A DNA stretch of 64,000 nucleotides from Squalus acanthias (Eukaryota). The stretch spans positions 10,292,001 through 10,356,000 of the forward strand of contig CM059452.1 in the NCBI GenBank assembly GCA_030390025.1, given 5' to 3'. Under the pieces are notes generated by a model. It was not told the DNA's origin. It did not search any database and saw only the letters and a program-made list of their open reading frames with translations. Below, in pieces: positions 1 to 11,051 of the stretch. The position numbers and the translations under genes are program-made. Position 1 is the stretch's first letter; each line of letters opens with the position of its first letter.

Positions 1-255
1 GACACTGGTTGTACCAGAAGAGGTAGGGAAATCTATCGGCTGTGGAGTAACTAGAGTTCAGTATTAAGATCTGTCCTTCCTGAACCGTTAATTCAGGTGG
101 ATCCTGGGAAAATGAGGCTTCGCCATTGTAACAAAATACTGAATCTGTCAGAAGTCTGGGAGTAAATATAACCCATGAAATACATACGATATTTTAAACA
201 TAGACTCACCGGGCAGCACGACCATTATTATCAGTAAGAAACATGGGGAGCGCAT
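1..255 (-). pseudogene. TCR alpha/delta-type V segment V1, 5' part (runs off window start); first conserved Cys replaced by Ser
   Basis: Leader exon 255-210 (MRSPCFLLIIMVVLP, 46 nt, GTGAGT donor). V exon from ~144 reads DSVFCYNGEASFSQDPPELTVQEGQILILNSSYSTADRFPYLFWYNQ, with NSSY where NCSY is expected. Confidence 0.8.
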
Positions 256-420
256 GGTGTCTAGTTTAGATGGGAGTCTCCGGCTCTGATACCAGAACAA
301 CATCAACTATTGGTCACTGGCCCCATCTCACAGACTGACGCTGTTAAAGGGCGAACATTGGCTTTAATCCTCGTGCAGTTCTGAGGGGAACAATTTCACT
401 CCGTTCTCTGATCCCCGCTC

Positions 421-570
421 TGACGTCATGAATTGGCGAACAACGTAGCTGTGAGCTGATTGGTTGAATTGGAAAACAAAGGAGCTGCAAACTGATTGGA
501 TAAATTGGAGAACAAAGGACCGAGAGCTGATTGAATGTGATCTGCTGACTCTGTCGCGAACGGACCAATC
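421..570. promoter_or_regulatory. Putative promoter upstream of V1: CRE plus repeated CCAAT and AACAAAG motifs
   Basis: TGACGTCA at 421-428. Short imperfect direct repeats CTGATTGG..AATTGG..AACAAAGGA. Confidence 0.4.
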
Positions 571-1142
571 GGCAGATAGACCGGATATTACTCAACATCT
601 TCCCAATTCTTGACAAGACAATTTCAGCTTCAAACCGTTCTGTTCAAATCCACCACCAACTCTCCGCAAATATGTTGGGTGTTACTTTTTATTTATTCGT
701 CACAGCTGCAGCTCTCTTAACTGATAAGTTCACAAGTTACACAGCACTGTGTTTCACATCTGTATCATACATTATATTTAATCGGCCAGTTCCCTGAACA
801 CATGAATATCAATAGATTGATCCGAAGTGAAGAAAACATCTGGATCCACCTTGACTCAACACTGAACACTGTTTGGGGAAACTCGACAAACTCCCTCAGT
901 GAATAAAAGCGGATGAGTTAAGGTGAGATTACAGGCGAATGGCAGACAGACAAGCCCGTCGGCGTCAATGACGGACATTGACAGACACACGAGTCTTAAA
1001 CCAACAGACAGTTTGAAGCTTTCCCTTCACATCACAAGAGGTGAAGGTGAGGAACTGATCCCGTTGGAAGGTGCTGAAGGTTCATTAAAGGGTGTTGATT
1101 CAGTCGATCCCAGCGCCATCCCGTGAGCAGCCCCTGAGCTGT

Positions 1143-1361
1143 GGGGATATATATTTATGTTCAACTGCCCTGATTTGCTTCACAGGTAAGTGTTGGGGGT
1201 GACGGGCTGATTCTGGGCAGTAAACACAGTGAAGTGATATTGTTTAATTTAATATCGCTCTGGGCTCTTGTGGGACATGGGCGAGGAGACTCCGGTTCAC
1301 AGACACCGGCTGCAACCACAGTAAATGAAGGAGACGATGTTCAGTTGTATTGTAATTATAC
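1143..1361 (+). pseudogene. TCR V segment V2, 5' part, cut by the assembly gap; probably defective
   Basis: Leader-like IYLCSTALICFT with CAG|GTAAGT donor (~1185) but no nearby in-frame ATG. FR1 reads GDSGSQTPAATTVNEGDDVQLYCNY. The acceptor reads GG instead of AG. Confidence 0.6.
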
Positions 1362-1583
1362 NNNNNNNNNNNNNNNNNNNNNNNNNNNNNNNNNNNNNNN
1401 NNNNNNNNNNNNNNNNNNNNNNNNNNNNNNNNNNNNNNNNNNNNNNNNNNNNNNNNNNNNNNNNNNNNNNNNNNNNNNNNNNNNNNNNNNNNNNNNNNNN
1501 NNNNNNNNNNNNNNNNNNNNNNNNNNNNNNNNNNNNNNNNNNNNNNNNNNNNNNNNNNNNNNNNNNNNNNNNNNNNNNNNNNN
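1362..1583. other. Assembly gap (N run)
   Basis: Run of N. Confidence 1.
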
Positions 1584-2100
1584 GTGAAAGTCTTTCCTAG
1601 AGGTAACCAGGCTGATGACTGAAAGACAGATGGACAGCGGCCTGTCTGGGCCTCGGTCGCTTGTTCTCCCTGAGCAGGGGGACCAGTTTGTATCAGGGTT
1701 ACCACAGTGCGGAGACACAGAGAAAGGAATCACTGGACACCGGGAAATGCAGGAAGAAAAATATACTGACTGTCTGGAGCCTGTGCACACAGGTCACGAG
1801 CATCTGGCACCAGTAGAACTGAAAGGAAATGAAAGTCAGTTGTTGTGAATGTGGGTTGTGAGTTGGGTTTTTTTCAGATCAGGAAGGGTTAAATCTGCGA
1901 GCGCAAGCTGTCAATTTCCGAGCTCGAATTCATCTGATTAATGTTTCTGTCGCTGTAAGTGTTGATGTAAAAGGCTCTACATTCGCCATCAGCATCACCG
2001 CAACACATCTCGCTATAAATGAGCACTGGAAACTGCCCATAGATACACTGACTGTCGGTTTTCACCCAGGATCTCAAAAGTGTAAAAGTTCCCATTATAT

Positions 2101-2115
2101 CCGCCAGAGGGCGCC
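2101..2115 (+). promoter_or_regulatory. CTCF-binding motif
   Basis: CCGCCAGAGGGCGCC matches the CTCF core consensus CCASYAGRKGGCRS. Confidence 0.7.
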
Positions 2116-2403
2116 GTGCTCATATGTTTCTCGCTGCTTTCTTCGCACTCAGTCGCATGTTATTCATGATATATCGAAAACCATCAACATTTCAAACCTG
2201 TTTATATTTGTGTTGTGTTCCTGGTGTTCAGTAAAATACCTCCCCTCCCGCTTGTTCTGTCTTGCTTTCACCGTCACAATCTCTCTCCACCACGCTTATG
2301 AAAAATTTCCTTATACTGCACATCTTAAAGCAACTGCAAAGTGGCATTTTTGGTAGTTTTGTAAAGCTGCAGTTTGAAAAAAAATCTCTTATATATTAAA
2401 ATA

Positions 2404-3114
2404 TGTAATGGACGTCACACTCAGAGGGACAATTTTGTAACCCGAGTGAGGAGTTTCTCCCGTGTCACTAACCAGTGTTGGACAGCCTGGAGAGATGTAT
2501 GTTGAACATCTTGGGGAGTGACGGGTTAACAGTCGAACTTCTTTGTATCTTGTATTAACAAGCTTCCAGGCTTTCAACATATAAACAGGATGACTTTGAA
2601 GTGTCGTAAAAATAATGCACTGCTTGTTTTCTGAGATGTAAAGTGCTTGTGTAAGGGAATAAGTGATAGTAATGACGTCACCCATGAGTGGTTTAGTTTT
2701 AGGGTAATAAACATGGTTAGATGCATCCATTAGCTACAGAGAGCAGTTGGTAGAGTATTTACTTCAAAGATGCTAGCAAATCTTCTGTTAGGAAGTCTTG
2801 TTTAAGGGACGTAGTTATGAATTAAACAAACAACAAACTGTTTAGATGAATATTCCGTTTTCAAAGGGTCTGGGAATAGATACGTCATAAAGGCTTATCT
2901 ATGACATTTCCTTTGATGTAGTCAAATATGGTGTATAAAGGATCATGTTTTTCAACAGTATCTCAGCGTGTACGGGAAAGATACTGAAACCGAAACAGTC
3001 ACTCTCTGTATACAGTTAAAGACCGATCACCTTCACTGTGCAGTAATAAGGTCTGTTCCGTGTACTCCACTACGGAGTCTCGTGCTTACTCGAAACGTGT
3101 TGCTGTGAACCACA
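2404..3114 (+). mobile_element. Possible solo LTR
   Basis: TGTAA...CA boundaries, CRE motifs, TATAAA and an AATAA signal before the end. It lies inside a ~1.65 kb insertion that splits a V-promoter module. No TSD found. Confidence 0.3.
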
Positions 3115-3425
3115 GGAGAAAGGAGGTTGACTGCTAACAGCCACCATTTCCCTCCCCGTGTGATTAATTTCCGCGCCTCCTGTTAGTTTCAGGCAGACTT
3201 TAATCTAACGGGTTCAGCAGATATTTAGGGAAGGGGCTCATATTCCCCTCCCAGCTATTGCCAACACAGTCGGATGATGGCGGTTAGATATTATCTCGGT
3301 GACAATGTGTCGGTTTGAATGTAGATGAAGATGTTCAGTTTATTTCACTCACTGTCAGTAATCAGACTGAGGTGGTTGACGGGGGTCGGGTTTGATTAAC
3401 CGTCTGATGAGGACACACAAGGAGA

Positions 3426-3542
3426 AGATTTCCTCTGGTCTCTCTGTGGAATTCTCCTCTGAAAGTTGTTTTAACGAAATCGCAATCTCATTCCTTTAGA
3501 ATGCGTTCATTATTTCGTTAGAAATAGCGACCAGAGGAAATC
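3426..3542. repeat. Small inverted-repeat-bounded (MITE-like) element; related copies at ~25115-25225 and ~26390-26511
   Basis: AGATTTCCTCTGGTC ... GACCAGAGGAAATCT inverted repeats. Confidence 0.5.
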
Positions 3543-3937
3543 TCAACCACAGTGTGGGCACCTCGGTGTAAACACGAATGTTACAGGAGAATGAAGTTAA
3601 TGCTCTCGATGAGTCGTCACACACCAGCATAAAATAAACACTCAGTGTGACCGATTCGGCTCCGGTGAATATAATCCCACAATTAAGCAATGCTGAAGTT
3701 TTCCTCAGACCAAGGAATGCCCTCACTGAGTGACGGCTCCACAGACCGATACTTTATGCTGTGACTGTCAGTATCGCTGATCAAACCCGCTATCAACTGG
3801 AAATTATAGAGACAAACCTTGCGGTAACACTGCCTGCGGCAGCCCCGCCCACAGCTTCCGTTCGCTGCTCGCGCCTTGCCCGCCCTGTGTTTTTGGAGAG
3901 ATTGCTGCAGCTGCTACGGGACTGTAAACAGGAGGGA

Positions 3938-3976
3938 GGTTTTTGTACAGTGACTGCCGCGTTTCCTCTCAGTGTG
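3938..3976 (-). other. 23-RSS of V3
   Basis: CACACTG-23 bp-ACAAAAACC. Confidence 0.9.
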
Positions 3977-4407
3977 CGGCTGTATCGCACAGTAATAAAC
4001 CGCGGTATCCGCGCTCTCCGTGCTCTCAATGACCAATTGGCCGCGTTTGTCCGCAGTGGAAAGATTCAATTCAAATCGGTCCCTTTTCTCTTTGCCAGCC
4101 GATATTTGCCTTATTAACCACTCCAGTCCCTGACTGGATTTCTGTTTGTACCAGTGCATGGCGTAAAAGCTGGACATGTCATAGCTGCAGTTTATCTGCA
4201 CCGAATCCCCGTTCCGGATTGTTATCGCAGCGGGAGACTGCAGCACTCGGTCCGAGAGACATCGACCTGTAAAAACATTCAGATAATAAAACACCAGAGC
4301 AACGTGAATAAAACAAACAATGCGGGTTACTGAGCTCAGCTCCTGTACCTACATGTTAACAGCAACAGAATAACAAGTAATACATTCACTTGTACCGAGT
4401 AATACAT
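3977..4407 (-). CDS. TCR alpha/delta V segment V3, apparently intact (leader exon 4407-4353, V exon 4266-3977)
   Basis: Leader MYYSVQVNVLLVILLLLT, phase-1 intron. V exon DRVLQSP..INCSY..MHWYKQ..DTAVYYCAIQ, followed by a 23-RSS. Confidence 0.88.
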
Positions 4408-4684
4408 CCTTGTAATTACAATGTCAAGAGGAAAGCGGCAGACAGCTCGCATCAGAAGACCCCGAACCGAGTGACGCCATTGAACAGGCGGCTGATTAAA
4501 GTCAGCGCCGCCCAGTTAAAGTCTCAGTCACGTGGGTTTGCTGTGCTTGGATTGGCTGGAAATAGACATTGTTCACCCGCAGTTCACATCCGGACATGTC
4601 AGTGGTCCAATGACCAGCAAGTTCCTCTCCTCCTTGTGGAGGGAAGTGAGGTGAACCCCATCCCTTTGTGACAGTGACTCACTA

Positions 4685-5008
4685 AAACACGTACTGTGGA
4701 GGCTGCCCGGGGTGCTGACTGTACCAGTACACATAAGGGTTACTAGCGGCGGTTTTCAAGGCGCAGTTTAGTGTGACATTACTTTCCTCTTCAACCGTTA
4801 TTTCAGGAACCGGCTGTTCCACTGCGTCTTGCAGGCTCCATTCTAATATAAAATAATAGTAATAGTCATCACCATCATCATCAGGATCATTTAACCAATT
4901 ATCATAGCTGGTTTACAGCTGTCAGGGGGAGAATGGATTTTAACTGGGGAGGAAATACTTACTGAGAAGTGATATAATGATGAGGTGTGGTGCGAGGTGC
5001 TTGCACAT
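4685..5008 (-). pseudogene. TCR V segment V4, 3'-truncated (same family as V8 and V11)
   Basis: Leader MCKHLAPHLIIISLL|GTAAGT. V exon DAVEQPVPEITVEEESNVTLNCALK..VYWYSQHPGQPPQYVF*, with no FR3 and no RSS. Confidence 0.85.
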
Positions 5009-5240
5009 TCTACAGTCCTGGAAAACCTCGTAGGAGCAGAAATACAGATCCCCGCCGCACTGCACTGCTGATCCAACCAATGCCAAAGAAGTAACAGAGG
5101 CAGTAATCTCTCCGATAACAGAAGGCGGGTCAGAGCGAGAGCAGCAAACGGAAGCTGTGGGCGGCGCTGCCGCGGGCAGTGTTACTGCAAGCTTTGTCTC
5201 CATCATTTCCAGTTGGTAACGGCGAGAAACATGTGACCAC

Positions 5241-5255
5241 GGCGCCCTCTGGCGG
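5241..5255 (-). promoter_or_regulatory. CTCF-binding motif
   Basis: Reverse complement reads CCGCCAGAGGGCGCC. Confidence 0.7.
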
Positions 5256-5704
5256 TCACTCTGAGAACTTTACACTGTCAGGATAATAGATTGAGTAAGG
5301 TGTGAGTTTATCTATGGCGAAATTTCCAGCGTCCGAATTTTGGGAGAGGCGGTTCAGACAATTTAACAATTTTTGAATCTCTTTCTTTATGGCTTTCTCT
5401 TACCTTTAAGATTTATGTTTCTCATTCGTTGTTTCTCACTTTCTTTAATTTCTCTCTTTTCCTAATTTGCTGTCCACTACACGCTGATTTTTCTCTTTCT
5501 CTCATTCTTTCTTCAGTGCCTTCGCTTTGTTTTCCTCTCTCTGTGTTTCAAAATTTCTTCATTTCAGAATTTCTTTAAATCTCTCTCTTCTATATTTCCT
5601 ATTATTTTTCTGTGCTCAGTCCCCCTGCCCTCCGATTATTATAACCGGGCCCCTCCCAATCCCGTCACTCCAAACACAGCAGAGCGGCGCTGCCCCTCGG
5701 TGCA

Positions 5705-5743
5705 GGTTTCTGTGCGGACTCTCCGCCTGTTTGTTGCACTGTG
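5705..5743 (-). other. 23-RSS of V5
   Basis: CACAGTG-23 bp-ACAGAAACC. Confidence 0.9.
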
Positions 5744-6074
5744 GGCTCACGGCGCAGAGATAGGTGGCGCTGTCTGTCACTCGCGCGTCTCTCACAGTCA
5801 GGGCACTGAGTTTATTGCCTCCCTCGATTGAAGCAGTGATCCTCCCGTGTTGATCGGTCCCGCTTGTGGCCATCACCAGATGCTGGAGGGTCTTATCCGG
5901 GTGCTGTCTGTACCAGCGCACGACGGTAAAGGCAGCGGTAGCGGAGCAGTTGATGGATACGATTCCCTCTTCACTAACCATCCCCCGAGGGAGCTGCTCC
6001 ACCTCATCTTCACCGCTCACATCCGTGCAGATCAGAGTGTAAATTAGTAGGGAAACGCTGTAAATCCGGAACAT
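5744..6074 (-). CDS. TCR alpha-type V segment V5, single exon (leader fused to V), intact
   Basis: One continuous ORF: MFRIYSVSLLIYTLICTDVSG-EDEVEQLP..INCSA..VRWYRQ..DSATYLCAVS, followed by a 23-RSS. Confidence 0.88.
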
Positions 6075-6376
6075 TATCGGATCAGATGATGAGGAGGCTG
6101 AAAGAGCTCGGGTTAGAACTAGGACACGGATATTATATTCAGCGTAATTAACAAAGAGACAAATCAGGCAGTGAATTCCAGGTCACAACAACTCACTGAG
6201 TAAAAAATCAAATCTCCTCATCTCCTCTCTGGTTCTTTTGCCCAGTATCTTCAATGTGTTTGTCCTCTGGGTACCGACCCTGCTGCCAATGGAAACAGTT
6301 TCTCCTTACTTACTTTATCAAATCTCTTCATATATTTCTGTTTGGATACAGTCACTCTGAGGACTCCTATTCTGAA

Positions 6377-6828
6377 ATGCTATCCTGCTTTTGTTGTTTG
6401 AGCGACAATCTCACCGCCTGTTTGGATTTATTACTCACAGTTATTGGAACTTTATCTGAACGTTTCCCTCTCTGTCCTTTATACAGCGTCAGTGGATGGA
6501 TCGCTCATTGGCCAATGGAAGAGGTGACCGCTCAGGAGGGAGAGATCACGACAATAACCTGCTCCTACACAGCGGTGACGAGAGTTTGCCTGTCCTGGTA
6601 CCGGGAGGGTCGGTCCGTGGGCCCGGAGAATATCCTCATCCGCTGCACCGACCGGTTCAGTGACGATGCGAACTTTGCAAGACGGCGCTTCATCTCATCT
6701 TTGGCCAAAACTTACAGAGCCGTCAGTTTAAGGGTTTCACAGCTGACAGCTGCGGATTCCAGGCAATACTTCTGGGTCATAACACCGCACACGGTGCTGT
6801 ATTTAGAGCAAGGGCCGACAATAAACTA
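6377..6828 (+). pseudogene. TCR V segment V6; second conserved Cys replaced by Trp, degenerate RSS
   Basis: EEVTAQEGEITTITCSY..CLSWYRE..QLTAADSRQYFW. CACGGTG at 6790 followed by an A-rich nonamer-like CAATAAACT. Leader boundaries uncertain. Confidence 0.75.
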
Positions 6829-7049
6829 CAGGTGATCCACGGCAGACTGAAACAGTGAATTCTCTGGTTTATTGTATCTCATGGTCCAATGTCACTGTGT
6901 AGTCTGAAGGAGAAGGACAACAATTCTTTCATTCAAAATGTTTCTTCAACGTGTCGTAAAGAGACAGAGCGTTGTGTGGACGGATGATGTTGTCATTATT
7001 GACCAGAAATTGAAAATATATGGAAAGTACCTGGACTCTCCAATCAGGT

Positions 7050-7250
7050 GCTTCATAGGAGCGTTATCAAACAAAATTTGTCACCGGGCTACACAAGGAG
7101 ATATTAGGACAGATGTTTAAGGAGGGAATTCGAGATGTTAGGGCCCAGGCAGCTGAAAGCACGGCCGCCAATGGTGGAGCGATTAAAATAGGGAATGCAC
7201 AAGAGGCCAGAATTGGAGGAACGGAAATATCTCAGAGGGTTGTCGGGTCA
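7050..7250 (-). mobile_element. Degraded LINE (L2/CR1-group) fragment
   Basis: Resemblance, from memory, to a common shark LINE 3' region. No ORF. Confidence 0.4.
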
Positions 7251-7289
7251 GCAATGTGAAGTTAATGGAACGGCATCTTAAACCTTTCC

Positions 7290-7700
7290 CTTTTGTTATT
7301 AATTCTCGGGATGTGGACTTCACTGGCTAGGCCCGCATTTATTGCCCATCCCTTGGTTGTCCCTTGAGAAGTTGGTCTTCTTCTCGAACCACTGCAGTTC
7401 TGCTGCTTTCAAGGGTTTGATACAACTGAGGGACTTGCAAGGCCACATCAAAGGTCAGTTGAACCAGGTTGAGTATGGGACTGGAGTCACATATAGGCCT
7501 GACGGGGTAAGGACGGCAGGTTTCCTTCCCTGAAGAGACGTTAGTTAACCAGTTTGTTTTTTTAACCACAATCTACTTTTACTGATGCCAGCTTCTTATT
7601 TATTTAAAAAAAAATCTGAATTCAATTTCCAAAACTACCCTGGTACCATTTGAACTCGTGCAATCAAATTATTAGCTCAGGCCTCTGGATTACAAATCGA
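7290..7700 (-). mobile_element. SINE-like element sharing its 3' tail with the LINE at 28140-28963 and 61085-61641
   Basis: Minus-strand tail GGATGGGCAATAAATGCGGGCCTAGCCAG..CCACATCCC matches the LINE 3' end. Related body fragments at ~8150-8360 and ~28030-28140. Confidence 0.55.
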
Positions 7701-8424
7701 GTCACATAACGACAACACATCTGCAACACTTATAAGGCGTAATGTTCTCTGCCTCAAGCATTCCATGTGGCAAAGTCCCCCATGCTCCAGCAACTCCCCC
7801 CACCCCAGCCCCGCGTCCATACAGATATTTTTGCCAACCTATGTCACGCTCAATTTTAATTTGATGACCTTTCGTTACTGACTCCTCAAGCAGAGGAATC
7901 AGTCTTTCCATCTCCCCTCCAGTGAAGCCACTTCGCAATAAATACATCGATTAGATCGTTTAGCCTTGTTTGCTTCAATGGAAATCTCAAGTCTCCCATC
8001 ATAACTGTAGTTACCATTCCTAGGGTCATCCCGGTCAATCTAAGCTGTTAAAGTTCCTATAACTGTAATGCTATTCCTATAATGAGACGTGTTGCACTGC
8101 AGACATCACTCGTACAGTGGACCAATCATCCCAGCGGTTAGAGTACTCGACCAGAGACTCGGAGTTCATGGCGTGAAACTGAAGTCGAATACAGCTGATA
8201 ATATGTTAGCTGACACAAGGAAATGAGGATGAAAGCTGTCGGATTGTTGTTAAAAACCACAATTGGTTGAATAATGTCCTTCATTGTAGGGAATCCGCTC
8301 CAAACTTACCGTGCTTGTCTCCTAATATCATCAGGGTGCCTAGGGATGGGCAAATAAAACCCCAAGAAATTTAGATGTCCGAGTACAGAAATCACTAAAA
8401 GATAGTGGACAGGACAGGTACGGA

Positions 8425-8670
8425 ATTTTGTTTTTATTCCTACCTGGGATGTAGGCGTCGCTGGCAACGCCAGAATTTATTGTCCATCCCTAGTTGTTCT
8501 TGAGAAGGTGGTGGTGAGCTGCCTTCTTGAACCGCTGCAGTCCGTGTGGTGAAGTTACTCCCACAGTGCTATTAGGGAGAGAGTTCCAGGATTTTGACCC
8601 AGCGACGATGAAGGATCGGCGATATATTTCCAAGTCAGGATGGTGTGTGACTTGGAGGGGAACCTAGAGG
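8425..8670 (-). mobile_element. 3' fragment of the same LINE family as 28140-28963
   Basis: Reverse complement matches 28740-28960 and 61400-61640. Confidence 0.75.
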
Positions 8671-8679
8671 TAATTAATT

Positions 8680-8985
8680 AAAAGGCTAATGGAATGTTGG
8701 CCTTTATCTGTAGGGGGCTGGAATAAAAAAGGGGTAGAAGTTATCTTACATTAATATACATCCCTGGTTAGACTCTGTTTAGAGGACTGCTTTTAGCACT
8801 GGGCACCGCTCCCCAGGAAGATACATTGACCTCAGAGGGGGTGCAGCGCTGATTCGCCAGGGTTAAATTATGAGGACAGGGCGCATAGACTGGGTTTGTA
8901 TTCCCTTGAATATTGAAGGTTACGGGGTGATATAATTGAGGTGTTGAAAATGTTGAAAGGAATTGATAAGGTGGATAAAGCGATA
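8680..8985 (+). mobile_element. Degraded CR1 ORF2 3' fragment
   Basis: Similar to CR1 18880-19200 (KANGMLAFI..LEGVQR motifs, with stops). Confidence 0.65.
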
Positions 8986-10407
8986 AACAGGCGATAAGGT
9001 GTAGTGCTGTTATCGCTCAGACATGGTCTCCTGTAACGTAAACAGAGGCAGGATTTAATTTAATATAAATAGGGACATTATCTAGTGCAGTATTCACTGA
9101 GAGAGGGCCTAGTGTAATATAAACAGATACATTGTCTAATGCAGTAACAACTGAGACAGGGCCTTGTGAAAAATAAACAGTGACAAGGTATAGTGCACTG
9201 ATAGCAGATACGGGGTCTGGTCTAATATACGTCTAATATACGTCTGGTCCAGTATCCCCCACGATGACGGCATCGCTGCGACAGCCTCAGTACTCAACAC
9301 CAACAACAGCCAATCTCCAGACGCCATCCTACAACTCATCCGCTTCATCCTTGACCACAATGTCTTCACCTTCGACAACCATTTTTTTACCCAAACACAC
9401 GGAACAGCCATGGGGACCAAATTCGCACCCCAATACGCCAACATCTTCATGCACAAGTTCGAGCAAGGCTTCTTCGCTGCACAGGACCTCCAGCCAACGC
9501 TGTATACCAGATACATCGACGACATTTTCTTCCTTTGGACCCATGGCGAAGGATCACTGAAAAGACTACACGATAACATAAACAAGTTCCATCCAACCAT
9601 CAAACTCACCATGGACCACTCCTCAGAATCGGTTTCATTCCTGGACACACGAATCTCCATCAAAGACGGACACCTCAGCACTTCACTCTACCGCAAGCCC
9701 ACGGACAACCTCACGATGCTCCACTTCTCCAGCTTCCACCCTAACCACGTTAAAGAAGCCATCCCCTATGGACAAGCCCTGCGAATACACAGGATCTGCT
9801 CAGACGAGGAGGAACGCGATGGACACCTACGGACGCTGAAAAACGCCCTCGTAAGAACGGGATATGACGCTCGACTCATCGATCGACAGTTCCGACGGGC
9901 CACAGCGAAAAATTGCATAGACCTCCTCAGAAGGCAAACACGGGACACAACCAACAGGGTACCCTACGTCGTCCAGTACTTCCCCGAAGCGGAGAAACTA
10001 CGCCATGTTCTTCGCAGCCTCCAACATGTCATCGATGACGACGAACACCTCGCTAAGGCCATCCCCACGCCTCCACTACTTGCCTTCAAACAGCCGCCTA
10101 ACCTCAGAAGTACCATCGTTCGCAGCAAATTACCCAGCTTTCAGGATAACAGCGACCATGACACCACACAATCCTGCCACGGCAACCTCTGCAAGACATG
10201 CCAGATCATCAACATAGATACCATCATCACACGTGAGGACACTACCCACCAGGTACATGGTACATACTCATGTGACTCGGCCAACGTTGTCTACCTCATA
10301 CTTTGCAGGAAAGAATGCACCGCGGCATGGTACATCGGCGAGACCATGCAGACACTGAGACAACGTATGAACGGACACCGCGCAACAATCACCAGGCAGG
10401 AGTGTTC

Positions 10408-10545
10408 ATAGAAACATAGAAACTAGGAGCAGGAGTAGGCCATTCGGCCCGTCGAGCCTGCTCCACCATTCAATACGATCATGGCTGATCATCCAAATCC
10501 AGTACCCTGTCCCTGCCCCCTCACACAGAATCCCCATCGAGCCTA
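10408..10545 (-). mobile_element. Short CR1/SINE 3'-end insertion disrupting the GIY-YIG domain of Penelope A
   Basis: Reverse-complement (TTTCTATG)n tail at 10408. The Penelope reading frame resumes at ~10546 (SLPVGEHF). The insertion is absent from copy B. Confidence 0.8.
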
Positions 10546-11051
10546 TTCCCTCCCAGTCGGGGAACACTTCAGCAGTCAAGGACATTCAGCCTCGGATCTG
10601 CGGGTAAGCGTTCTCCAAGGCGGCCTTAGAAACACACGACAACGCAAAATCATCGAGCAGAAACTGATAGCCAAGTTCCGCACTCATGAGGATGGCCTCA
10701 ACCGGGATCTTGGGTTTATGTCACGATACATGACGTGATCCAGACTCGAGTCGTCGTTGGCTTGTTCTCAGATGTGATTCCCAGTAAAAAAGTAAAAATT
10801 TTAAAGTTTATCGTTTCCCATACCGACTGCGGCTTTTGACACATTGGACCCCCTGTGACTCCACCTCATTGTCTCAGTTGTATCTTGCTATGTCTTTGAT
10901 GTGGTACCTTCCTGGCTGACCTGATTGCCTTTTGTCACACCTCGGCAGATAAACAGTCAGGATGATTTAAATGTAGTCGTCTGCCATTGTAAGTTACACA
11001 TGCATTGTTCTCTATCTATATATGCTTTGTCGACTCTGTATTTCTTTACTT

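Noticed and set aside
1703-1741. CACAGTG after the gap as the RSS of V2
   Set aside because: No YYC motif precedes it and there is no credible nonamer at 12 or 23 bp.
3400-3430. CTGATGA as a third hammerhead core
   Set aside because: There is no helix II followed by GAAA, and the paralog at ~26530 does not conserve the motif.
6254-6486. 193-aa ORF as a second intronless V
   Set aside because: The N-terminal part is far longer than a leader and has a polypyrimidine tract with a CAG acceptor at ~6487; it is more likely an intron that is open by chance.
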